Source: PVC group bacterium (GTDB lineage Bacteria; Auribacterota; Erginobacteria; Erginobacterales; Erginobacteraceae). Taken from it: DNA of 17,306 nucleotides. Within the stretch, counting starts at the first letter, position 1. The number at the start of each line of letters is the position of its first letter. Of this stretch, positions 7,750 through 15,530 are shown one piece after another. The translations under genes were made by a program, and so were the position numbers. Location: NCBI GenBank assembly GCA_043804695.1, contig JAZDIV010000035.1:1-17306 (forward strand). Direction: 5' to 3'. The notes under the pieces are model-generated. The model was not told the origin of the DNA and made no database searches. It saw only the letters and a list, made by a program, of their open reading frames with translations.

Positions 7750-7778
7750 TTGACATCATAGTAATAATATATTATTGT
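7750..7778 (+). promoter_or_regulatory. Candidate sigma-70 promoter of the protease gene
   Basis: Perfect TTGACA (7750-7755), 17-bp spacer, TATTGT (7773-7778); ATG follows at 7784. Confidence 0.55.
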
Positions 7779-7783
7779 AGGGT

Positions 7784-10700
7784 ATGAAAATATCGCCATT
7801 TGCTACGATATTTTTACCGGCCGTTATTTTCATAACGTGTCCCCCTGTTTCTTTCCCGGATCCCGGCCCCGAGATAAAACTCGCCGGTTACCGCTTCGAT
7901 CCCGCCGTCTCGGTCCCCGCCTTCACGGGGACGGCACGACGCGGCGCGCCCAGTGCCCCGGGCTATTACATCCTCCAGTTCGACGGGCCGGTCCGGGAGG
8001 AGTGGAAGGACTCCTGCCGCAACCTCGGCGTTGAGTTCCTCGATTATATCCCCGACTTCGCCTTCATCGTCCGGATGACCGCGACCGTGAAGGAAGGTGT
8101 TGAAGACCTCTCGATGGTCCGCTGGGTCGGGGATTACCGGCCGGAATATCGCCTCCCGGAAGGCCTGAAGAACCGCCGGGCGGCGAAGAAGGGAGGGGCG
8201 GCGGAATATGTCGTGGTCGTCTTCCCCGGGGCCGACGCGGAAAGTGTCGTGGCCGGGATAGAGAAGGAGGGGGGAAATGTGCTGAAGAGAAGCAACTCTT
8301 CCTGGAAGACCAAGCTCAGAATAACTCTCTCCCCGGATAAACTCGATTTCGTCGCCTCTCTCCCCGGCGTCAGGTGGGTGGAAGAAGCGCCGGTCTGGCG
8401 GTATTTGAACAATAAAGGCCGGGGGATCATGGACGCGGAGGCGTCCTGGGGCACCGGGAGCTGTTTTGGGGCCGGCCAGGTTGTGGGCGTCGCCGACACT
8501 GGCCTGGATACTGGCGACACTTCAACCATTCTCGACGATCTCAAAGACCGGGTCCTCGCCATCTCCAACACCTTTAACGATCTCACCACCGGGGCCGACG
8601 TCAACGGTCACGGCACTCACGTCTCCGGAAGCATCCTCGGGAACGGCGCCCTCTCCGGGGCTGCCCCCGCTGCTCATTCTTATCCCTCGACCTGCTACGC
8701 CGGTGTCGCCCCGGAAGCGTCCCTTGTCTTCCAGGCTCTCGGCAACCTTACCAAGATCCCGAATGACCTGAATGTGCTCTTCGCCCAGGCTTACGGGGGG
8801 GGCGCCCGCGTCCACAACAACAGCTGGGGCTCTGGCGAGGTCGGGGAATATACTGCCTCCAGCGAGGACGTTGACGAGTTCAGTTGGGACAATAAGGATT
8901 TCCTGCTTGTCTTCGCCGCCGGCAACTCCGGCGTGGACTCGAACTTCGACGGCGTTATTGATCTTTATTCTGTTACTCCTCCCGCCACCGCCAAGAACTG
9001 TCTCTCGGTCGGGGCGACCGAGAATGATCGCCCGCCCACCTCAGCACCGCAGCCCGGTAAACCGTTAACCTATGGCTGGTACTGGCCTGCCGACTACCCG
9101 GCCGATCCAATCAGCGATGACTATGTCTCCGACGATGAGGATGGGATGGCGGCCTTCAGCTCCCGGGGGTGCCAGCTCTCCGCCCGCTGGAAGCCGGAGC
9201 TGGTTGCCCCCGGGACCAACATTGTATCCTGTAGGACGCAGGCTGTCCCCGCGTCGGACGGAATCCTCTGGGGGACGGGCGGCCTTACCGGCGGTGCCGC
9301 CCAGAATTATGTCTTCTCCGGCGGGACCAGCATGTCGTCTCCCCTGGTCTGCGGCGCCGCGGCCCTGGTCCGGCAGTACTACACCGACGTCGCCGGGATC
9401 ACGCCCAGCGCGGCGCTAATCAAGGCCACCCTGATCAACGGGGCCAAGGACATCTCCCCCGGGCAGTACGGAACCGGGCAGTACCGGGAGATCCCCGCCC
9501 CGCCCCGGCCCAACAACGTGGAAGGGTGGGGGAGGGTCGATCTCGGCTCGACCATCTTCTCCGCGTCCGCCCCGCTCGATTTTTATTATTATGATGTGTC
9601 TTCCGGTCTCTATACCGGCAGCGTTCACCAGTACGGCATCAGCCTCTCGTCCTCCCTCGCGCCGCTCAGCGTGACTCTCTGTTGGACCGACGCTCCCGGC
9701 TCCACGCCGGCGGCGGGCGCTTTAGTCAACGACCTCGACTTTTCCGTGACCGCTCCCAACGGGACGGTGTACTATCCGAACAACGCCGTTCTGGCCGGTC
9801 CCATAGAGTATGAAAACGGGCTGGCCTCGTCTTCGCTGAAAGAGTTAAGCGCTTTCGAGGGCATGATCGAAGCGGTCCGCTTCACGCCGACCTGCTACCC
9901 GGCGACGCTGGAACGGGGGATGTTCTACCTCTACTCGAAGTCGGACAGCTATTCCAAGACCTTCCAGTACCGGATCTACGGGGGGAGCGGGGGGAGGCCC
10001 GGGAGCCTGCTGGCGTCGGGCACCAGCAACCTGCGGATGGAAGGCTGGCACATCATCGACTTCTCCGCCCACAACATCACCGTCGGCAGCGGGGATCTCT
10101 TCCTGGCCATCGTCCTCCCCGACAACGACCTCGCCTGGCTCGCCGACCAAACGGAGCCGATCGCCGGGCGGAGCTGGGAGTACATGTCGGGCCTCGGCTG
10201 GTACAGCTGGATCACCTTCGATTACCTCTTCCGGGCGGTGGTCAGCTGCCCGACGCTCTACGACCGGACCAACAACACGGTGGGTGTGGACATCGATTAC
10301 CCGGACCCCGGGAACTACACCGTCACCGTCAGCGGCTACAACGTGCCCTACGGGCCGCAGCCCTATGCCCTGGTCGCCTCCCGGCCCGACCGGGGGGTAG
10401 ATCTGCCCGAGCACCCGGTCATCGAGTCGGGCGATTACAACGGCGACGGGACCTCGGACATCGCCATCTACCGGTACACCGACGGCCTCTGGGCGGTCAA
10501 GGGGTTGACCCGGGTGTACTTCGGCGGCTCGGGCGCCATCCCCGTCCCGGGAGATTACAATGGCGATGGAGTCACCGAGCCGTCCATCTTCCGCCCGGAG
10601 AGCACCCTCTGGGCGGTCCGGGGGGTGACCCGGGCCTACTTCGGCGATGATGACGATACACCGGTCCCGGGCGATTATAACGGCGACGGGAAGGCCGACA

Positions 10701-11161
10701 TCGCCGTCTTCCGGGAAGATTCCGGCCTCTGGGCGGTCCGCGGCCTCACCCGTTTCTACTTCGGCACGACCGGCGACATCCCGGTCCCCGGGGATTACGA
10801 CAGTTTTCACCCGGAGTTGACCGAGGCGGCCGTCTTCCGCCCCTCAACCGGCCTCTGGGCGATCAGAAATCTGGCGCGAATCTATTTCGGCGGTTCCAAC
10901 GACACCCCGGTCCCGGCCGGGTACGACCTCCTTCCCGGAGACGACATCACGGTCTTTAGGCCCGCGGCTGGCCTCTGGGCGGTCTATGATTTTGGACGCT
11001 TTTATTACGGGAAGACCGGCGACACCCCGGTCCCGGCCGATTACGCCGGGCAGGGCCTTGACGACACCGCCGTCTTCCGCCCCTCGACCGGCCTCTGGGC
11101 GGTAAAAGGGGTGACCCGGGCCTATTTCGGCCGGCAGTACGACATCCCGGTAACCAGGTAA
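7784..11161 (+). CDS. Secreted S8 (subtilisin, Kp43-like) serine protease with C-terminal FG-GAP/VCBS-like repeats
   Basis: Signal peptide, propeptide (YYILQF..LDYIPDFAF), triad ADTG / HGTHV / GTSMS, oxyanion AAGNSG, TAKNCLSVGA, PSAALIKATLIN, EGWGRVDL, LVNDLD; six GDY.GDG..D..FR repeats. Confidence 0.95.
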   Translation: MKISPFATIFLPAVIFITCPPVSFPDPGPEIKLAGYRFDPAVSVPAFTGTARRGAPSAPGYYILQFDGPVREEWKDSCRNLGVEFLDYIPDFAFIVRMTATVKEGVEDLSMVRWVGDYRPEYRLPEGLKNRRAAKKGGAAEYVVVVFPGADAESVVAGIEKEGGNVLKRSNSSWKTKLRITLSPDKLDFVASLPGVRWVEEAPVWRYLNNKGRGIMDAEASWGTGSCFGAGQVVGVADTGLDTGDTSTILDDLKDRVLAISNTFNDLTTGADVNGHGTHVSGSILGNGALSGAAPAAHSYPSTCYAGVAPEASLVFQALGNLTKIPNDLNVLFAQAYGGGARVHNNSWGSGEVGEYTASSEDVDEFSWDNKDFLLVFAAGNSGVDSNFDGVIDLYSVTPPATAKNCLSVGATENDRPPTSAPQPGKPLTYGWYWPADYPADPISDDYVSDDEDGMAAFSSRGCQLSARWKPELVAPGTNIVSCRTQAVPASDGILWGTGGLTGGAAQNYVFSGGTSMSSPLVCGAAALVRQYYTDVAGITPSAALIKATLINGAKDISPGQYGTGQYREIPAPPRPNNVEGWGRVDLGSTIFSASAPLDFYYYDVSSGLYTGSVHQYGISLSSSLAPLSVTLCWTDAPGSTPAAGALVNDLDFSVTAPNGTVYYPNNAVLAGPIEYENGLASSSLKELSAFEGMIEAVRFTPTCYPATLERGMFYLYSKSDSYSKTFQYRIYGGSGGRPGSLLASGTSNLRMEGWHIIDFSAHNITVGSGDLFLAIVLPDNDLAWLADQTEPIAGRSWEYMSGLGWYSWITFDYLFRAVVSCPTLYDRTNNTVGVDIDYPDPGNYTVTVSGYNVPYGPQPYALVASRPDRGVDLPEHPVIESGDYNGDGTSDIAIYRYTDGLWAVKGLTRVYFGGSGAIPVPGDYNGDGVTEPSIFRPESTLWAVRGVTRAYFGDDDDTPVPGDYNGDGKADIAVFREDSGLWAVRGLTRFYFGTTGDIPVPGDYDSFHPELTEAAVFRPSTGLWAIRNLARIYFGGSNDTPVPAGYDLLPGDDITVFRPAAGLWAVYDFGRFYYGKTGDTPVPADYAGQGLDDTAVFRPSTGLWAVKGVTRAYFGRQYDIPVTR

Positions 11162-11260
11162 AAGTGCCTAAAGTTGAAAGTGCCTAAAGTGCCTAAAGTT
11201 GAAAGTGCCTAAAGTTGAAAGTGCCTAAAGTGCCTAAAGTTGAAAGCACCTGAAGTTGAA
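11160..11260 (+). repeat. Tandem array of AAAGTGCCT 9-mers mixed with AAAGTTG 7-mers, starting in the protease stop codon
   Basis: TAA-AAGTGCCTAAAGTTGAAAGTGCCTAAAGTGCCTAAAGTTG..., read directly from the sequence. Confidence 0.92.
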
Positions 11261-11310
11261 GGTTTTTAAGATTATTAGAATTTATTCTTTAATTCATAAA
11301 TGTTCTTTAA

Positions 11311-11458
11311 GTCATTGCGAGGAGCCCGATAAATCCGATTTTAACCATTTTTACGGTCATTGCGAGGAGCGCAGCAACGAAGCAATCTCATCATTTTGAG
11401 CAAGAAAAGATTATAATCTGGAGTAGAGATTGCTTCGACCTTGCGGCCTCGCAATGAC
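11311..11458. repeat. GTCATTGCGAGG REP doublet plus a partial extra copy
   Basis: Partial copy 11311-11325; full copy 11356-11389; inverted partner GAGATTGCTTCG..CTCGCAATGAC 11426-11458. Flank CGATAAAT.CGATTTTA..CATTTT resembles bases 1-29. Confidence 0.85.
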
Positions 11459-11615
11459 AAGGTGAAGAAGCAGGGAATCACCCAAGACAATCGGGATGGC
11501 GTGAACTGTTGGACTTGAACTGATTCTCTAATCGATTTCAATCTATCTTTATTCCAACAAAATGCAATTAACATAAATTTTTACGGAGTAAAAATTTTAA
11601 AAAGGAGGGGAGGAG

Positions 11616-13814
11616 ATGAAAGCCTTGCGGCGGATCTCGATCCCGATAGCTGGTTTCATAATTCTATGTGCCTGTCTCTCTCATCCGGCCCTGGCCACCG
11701 AGTATCCCGGAAGTTCCGTGGTCTGGACCAACTTCGGCACCTACACGACAGGCCTCAACGTCCCCGCCACCGGAACGGTAGCCAATGTCAGCCTCTTCGT
11801 CAGAAGCGCCCAGACCCAGCTCGGCTTCGACAACAACGCCATGCTTTTGACATCTCCGCTGGGGACGACCATCTATCTTTTCGATCTGTCCACATATAAA
11901 ATCACCGGGACCTCGCTCTACCTGACCCGGTTCATCGACACCGCCTCCGTCATCATCACGGAGGGCGTCCCCCCCTACGCCGGTTCGTTCCGTCCGGGAA
12001 TGAGTTTCTCCAACTTCAACGGGGAGTGGATGACCGGGACCTGGACCCTGGCGGTCTATAACAACCGTCCCGGAACCGGTAATACCGGCGCTGTCACCGA
12101 CTGGTCGCTGATCATCAACCAGGCCACGCCGGTCCCGACTCCCTCGCCGGTGAATCCGACGCCGTCTCCCGTCCCGATCACCTACCGGGAGTATCCCGGC
12201 ACCTTGTTTTCCTGGATCGGGATCAGTACTACCTTGAGTTATATCTCCATTGGGAATCAGGGGGTTATTACCGACGTCAACGTGAACATGAACGTTGATT
12301 GTACAAGCAGCCTTGACCCGCTCGGGATGTACCTCGTCTCTCCGGAGGGGACGATTGTCGCGTTGTTTGAAAAATACGACCTCTCCGAACACTCGCTCTA
12401 TCTTACCACCTTCGACGACGCCGCGGACCAGTCGATCTTGGGCGGCATCGCTCCCTACATTGGACTGTACCGCCCGGTGGAGAGTTTGGTTTTATTTAAC
12501 AACGAAACGATGACCGGCGATTGGACACTGGTGGCCTATAACGATGACGCCGGAAATAACGGGACGGTTTCCGCTTGGAGCTTGGTGATCGGAATCCGGG
12601 ATTACCTGGCAACACCCTCGCCGGTACCGACGAAGTCCCCGGCACCTACACCACCGCAGGCCTGCTATCCGGTCATCCCTCCCGGCCCGGCGGCGCTCTA
12701 CACCGGCGTGCAGATCACCCAGATGTTTGCCCCAATAGAAGATGATTTCATGGTCTATGATGTCGATGTCGAGGTCAGCGCCTGGTGCCAGGGAGGGTGC
12801 GACTCGGGCTGTGATCTTGACACCAAGGCCCTTTACCTGACCTCTCCACAGGGGACAATCGTCAAGCTCTTCGGCAAGCACGACCTGCTGGAGAAGGGCC
12901 TGTACCTGACCTACTTCGACGACGGGGCGCCGATCTCCATCCTCGACGACATTGCCCCCTACTACGGCCCCCACCAGCCGGTCGGCTTCCTCGGGGACTT
13001 CAACGGCGAGTGGTCGGCGGGGACCTGGACCCTCTCCTGGTACAATGATGAGGCAAAGGATTATGGTGAGGTCACGCACTTTTTGCTCTGCCTGAACAAG
13101 CCGTTGCCCACGCCAAGCCCGCCGTGCCCCACACGCACGCCGACCCCGATACCAATACCCACCGCCACCCCCCCCGAAGGCTATTGTCCGGCTACATTCG
13201 GAGATGCTTTCACGGCCCCCGGGCAGGAAGTGACCTGGGGGTCCATCTACGTCGCCGACCCGGGGCTGGTGAAGAAAATTACCGTGAGGATCGACCGATT
13301 CGACATCACCGAGGAAGGAGATCTTGATTTCGTTGGCATGTGGCTGGTCTCCCCGGCCGAGACCGTGGTGGAACTTTTCCCCAAGCACCAGCTCGAAGAG
13401 CACTCTCTCTCCGCCACCTGGTTTGATGATACGGCTCCAAGGGGGATCGCCGAGGGTCTCGGGCCCTACATCGGGAGGTGGCGTCCCACCGGGCATCTCT
13501 CTGACTTCTATGGTCAAACAATAAAGGGGACCTGGTATCTGGTTGTCTTCAATGATTTTGTCTGCGTACAAAAGCCCGATCTGCCGCCTTGCGAGGACTG
13601 GTCGCGGATGAAAAAGTACTGGCAGCTTGAAATCTGTCCGCTGCCGACCTTGACGCCGACCCCCCCGCCCACAGCACCAATTCCGACCCGCACGCCGACA
13701 CCTGTTGGTTACAAAACGCCGATACCGACACCTCCTACGCCAACCCCTCCCCCCCGGTCTGCAAGGTCTATAATGGGGGATCTTTTACCTGGAGTGATGA
13801 TGGTACATTTATAG
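11616..13814 (+). CDS. Secreted protein with tandem proprotein-convertase P-domain-like repeats and Pro/Thr linkers (N-terminal part of a frameshifted gene)
   Basis: AGGAGGGGAGGAG RBS; signal peptide ending ALA; four repeats of L.SP.GT.V.LF..LY.T.FDD..PY.G.RP..F.GE...GTWTL..YND separated by (PT)n linkers. Confidence 0.85.
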   Translation: MKALRRISIPIAGFIILCACLSHPALATEYPGSSVVWTNFGTYTTGLNVPATGTVANVSLFVRSAQTQLGFDNNAMLLTSPLGTTIYLFDLSTYKITGTSLYLTRFIDTASVIITEGVPPYAGSFRPGMSFSNFNGEWMTGTWTLAVYNNRPGTGNTGAVTDWSLIINQATPVPTPSPVNPTPSPVPITYREYPGTLFSWIGISTTLSYISIGNQGVITDVNVNMNVDCTSSLDPLGMYLVSPEGTIVALFEKYDLSEHSLYLTTFDDAADQSILGGIAPYIGLYRPVESLVLFNNETMTGDWTLVAYNDDAGNNGTVSAWSLVIGIRDYLATPSPVPTKSPAPTPPQACYPVIPPGPAALYTGVQITQMFAPIEDDFMVYDVDVEVSAWCQGGCDSGCDLDTKALYLTSPQGTIVKLFGKHDLLEKGLYLTYFDDGAPISILDDIAPYYGPHQPVGFLGDFNGEWSAGTWTLSWYNDEAKDYGEVTHFLLCLNKPLPTPSPPCPTRTPTPIPIPTATPPEGYCPATFGDAFTAPGQEVTWGSIYVADPGLVKKITVRIDRFDITEEGDLDFVGMWLVSPAETVVELFPKHQLEEHSLSATWFDDTAPRGIAEGLGPYIGRWRPTGHLSDFYGQTIKGTWYLVVFNDFVCVQKPDLPPCEDWSRMKKYWQLEICPLPTLTPTPPPTAPIPTRTPTPVGYKTPIPTPPTPTPPPRSARSIMGDLLPGVMMVHL

Positions 13815-14992
13815 ATACGATTGCCATCCCCGATGTAGGTTCGGTCACCGAGGTTAAAGTTGAGATTACCGCCCAGTGTTCCCTTGACTTGGATTATGTA
13901 GGTATCTATTTACGGTCGCCGACCCTGACAGATGTCGCCCTCTTTGAGAAACACCAGCTCGACGAGCATGCTCTCTATAAGACTAAATTCGATGACGCCG
14001 CGGACAAGATCATCACCGATAGCAGCAACGTCTCTCCCTACCTGGGGACATATCGTCCCTGGGATCTGTTATCTGATTTTGACGGTGAGTCTATTAACGG
14101 GACCTGGACACTCATTGTCTACAACGATGAGGGCAGTAACACCGGGGAAGTGATAGAGTGGATACTGACAGTCTGTAAAGTCCCCACGCCGGCGCCCACT
14201 CCTCGGGATACTCCAACTCCTGCCCCTACTGCGGGTTCTACACCGATCCCTATCCTTGAATCCGGCGATTACGACGGGGATGGGACGAGCGACATCGGGA
14301 TCTTCCGCCCCTCCCAGGGGCTGTGGTCGGTCCGAGGAGTGGGGACCTCCTTCTTCGGGCAGGCGGGGGATCTCCCGGCCAGCGGCGACTACAATGGTGA
14401 CGGCACCACCGACCTCGCCGTCTTCCGGTCCGGCATCCCGTCCCTCTGGGCGGTCTACGGGATGACGCGGGTCTATTTCGGGAGAAGCGGGGATATCTCC
14501 ATCCCCGGCGATTATACTGGCGACGGCGTGGCCGACATCGGCATCTTCCGTTCGTCTTCCGGTCTCTGGGCGGTCCGGGGAGGGGCACGGCAATACTTCG
14601 GCCGGTCCGGCGATTACCCCGTCCCCGGAGACTATGACGGCGACGGGTCCGAAGATTTCGCCGTCTTCCGGCCCGGGATCGGCCTCTGGGCGGTCCGCGG
14701 CGTGACCCGGGTTTACTTTGGGACAGCGGGCGACCTCCCACTCCCCTTCGATTTTAACGGGGACGGCGCCGCCGAGATCGGGATCGTCCGGTTCTCGAGC
14801 GGCCTCTGGGCGATCCGGGGGGTCAGCCGGTTCTATTTCGGGATAGCCGGCGATTACCCGGTCCCGGCCGATTACCTCGGCAATGGGGCGGACTACCCCG
14901 GGATCTTCCGCGGAGCCTCCGGCCTCTGGGCGATCCGGGGGGTGACGAGGGCGTACTACGGGTTGTCCGGCGACATCCCGATAGCAAAATAA
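13754..14992 (+). CDS. C-terminal part of the same gene in the -1 frame: fifth P-domain-like repeat plus six FG-GAP/VCBS-like repeats
   Basis: The frame of the 13889 ORF is open back to the C7 tract (PVCKVYNGGSFTWSDDGTFIDTIAIPDVGSVTEVKVEITAQCSLDLDYVGIYLRSP), homologous to repeat 2. It has no signal peptide or RBS of its own. Confidence 0.85.
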   Translation, partial: PVCKVYNGGSFTWSDDGTFIDTIAIPDVGSVTEVKVEITAQCSLDLDYVGIYLRSPTLTDVALFEKHQLDEHALYKTKFDDAADKIITDSSNVSPYLGTYRPWDLLSDFDGESINGTWTLIVYNDEGSNTGEVIEWILTVCKVPTPAPTPRDTPTPAPTAGSTPIPILESGDYDGDGTSDIGIFRPSQGLWSVRGVGTSFFGQAGDLPASGDYNGDGTTDLAVFRSGIPSLWAVYGMTRVYFGRSGDISIPGDYTGDGVADIGIFRSSSGLWAVRGGARQYFGRSGDYPVPGDYDGDGSEDFAVFRPGIGLWAVRGVTRVYFGTAGDLPLPFDFNGDGAAEIGIVRFSSGLWAIRGVSRFYFGIAGDYPVPADYLGNGADYPGIFRGASGLWAIRGVTRAYYGLSGDIPIAK

Positions 14993-15033
14993 GTGCCTAA
15001 AGTGAACTAAAGTGCCTAAAGTGCCTAAAGTTT

Positions 15034-15063
15034 TCAGCCAGAGGCTGATCCGCCTCCGGCGGA
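15034..15063 (+). repeat. 30-bp palindromic element inside the 9-mer array
   Basis: TCAGCCAGAGGCTGATCCGCCTCCGGCGGA, two abutting hairpins. Confidence 0.8.
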
Positions 15064-15092
15064 GAAGTGCCTAAAGTGAGCTAAAGTGGAAC

Positions 15093-15336
15093 CGCTCCCC
15101 GACTTTTATAGTAGGGGAGCGGAAGTTAAACAGCTACCCAATGGCATTAAAATAAATAATCGCCCCCGGTGGGCTTGTCCCACCGGAGCGGAAGTTCAAT
15201 GGCTAACACAGGGCACCAAATATAAAACCGGCCCCTGCCGCCTTGCGCGGCAGGGGAGAAAGTTTATCAGCTGTTGTACAGGGAGGTTTCGGTAGCTTAT
15301 GAACTTGTTCACCCGTGGCACAAGGCCACGGGGGTC
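15093..15336. repeat. Mosaic of four approx. 44-bp hairpin+tail units, copy 2
   Basis: Units at 15093-15136(+), 15161-15205(+), 15230-15273(+), 15293-15336(-); same order and orientation as 7425-7674. Confidence 0.85.
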
Positions 15337-15530
15337 TTTTAGATGACGAAAGCGAAGTACTGGCGATATTCACCTCTATCGGGAAATCCGGCAAGAGCGA
15401 AAAGATCAAGTGAGGCGATTAACTTTAGGCACCCGGTTTGAGGGAGACCCCGAAGGCCGGAAAAACCGGGTGAAGGCGAACAACTTTAGGCACTTTAGTT
15501 CACTTTAGGCACTTCGAACTTCATTTTCCC

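Larger units (their letters stand above)
14991..15514. mobile_element. 524-bp non-coding element bounded by perfect 32-bp inverted repeats made of GTGCCTAAA 9-mers
   Basis: AAGTGCCTAAAGTGAACTAAAGTGCCTAAAGT (14991-15022) is the exact reverse complement of 15483-15514. Mobility is inferred. Confidence 0.6.

Noticed and set aside
13889..14992. Independent gene starting at TTG 13889
   Set aside because: It starts mid-domain with no RBS or signal peptide; the frame is open and homologous back to the C7 tract.
7784..14992. The protease and the frame-restored P-domain protein would both be 1125 aa
   Set aside because: Their N-terminal regions are unrelated, so this is treated as coincidence.
15086..15409. 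Small ORFs 15086-15295(+) and 15203-15409(-), likewise 7528-7728(-) and 11341-11574(-)
   Set aside because: They are translations of repeat DNA with no RBS or protein-like features.
15430..15472. Riboswitch in the pilT/U leader (CACCCGGTTT...AAACCGGGTG stem with GGGAGA/CCGAAGG)
   Set aside because: Only a fragmentary resemblance to glycine riboswitch motifs; the remaining conserved elements are missing and I cannot run Infernal.
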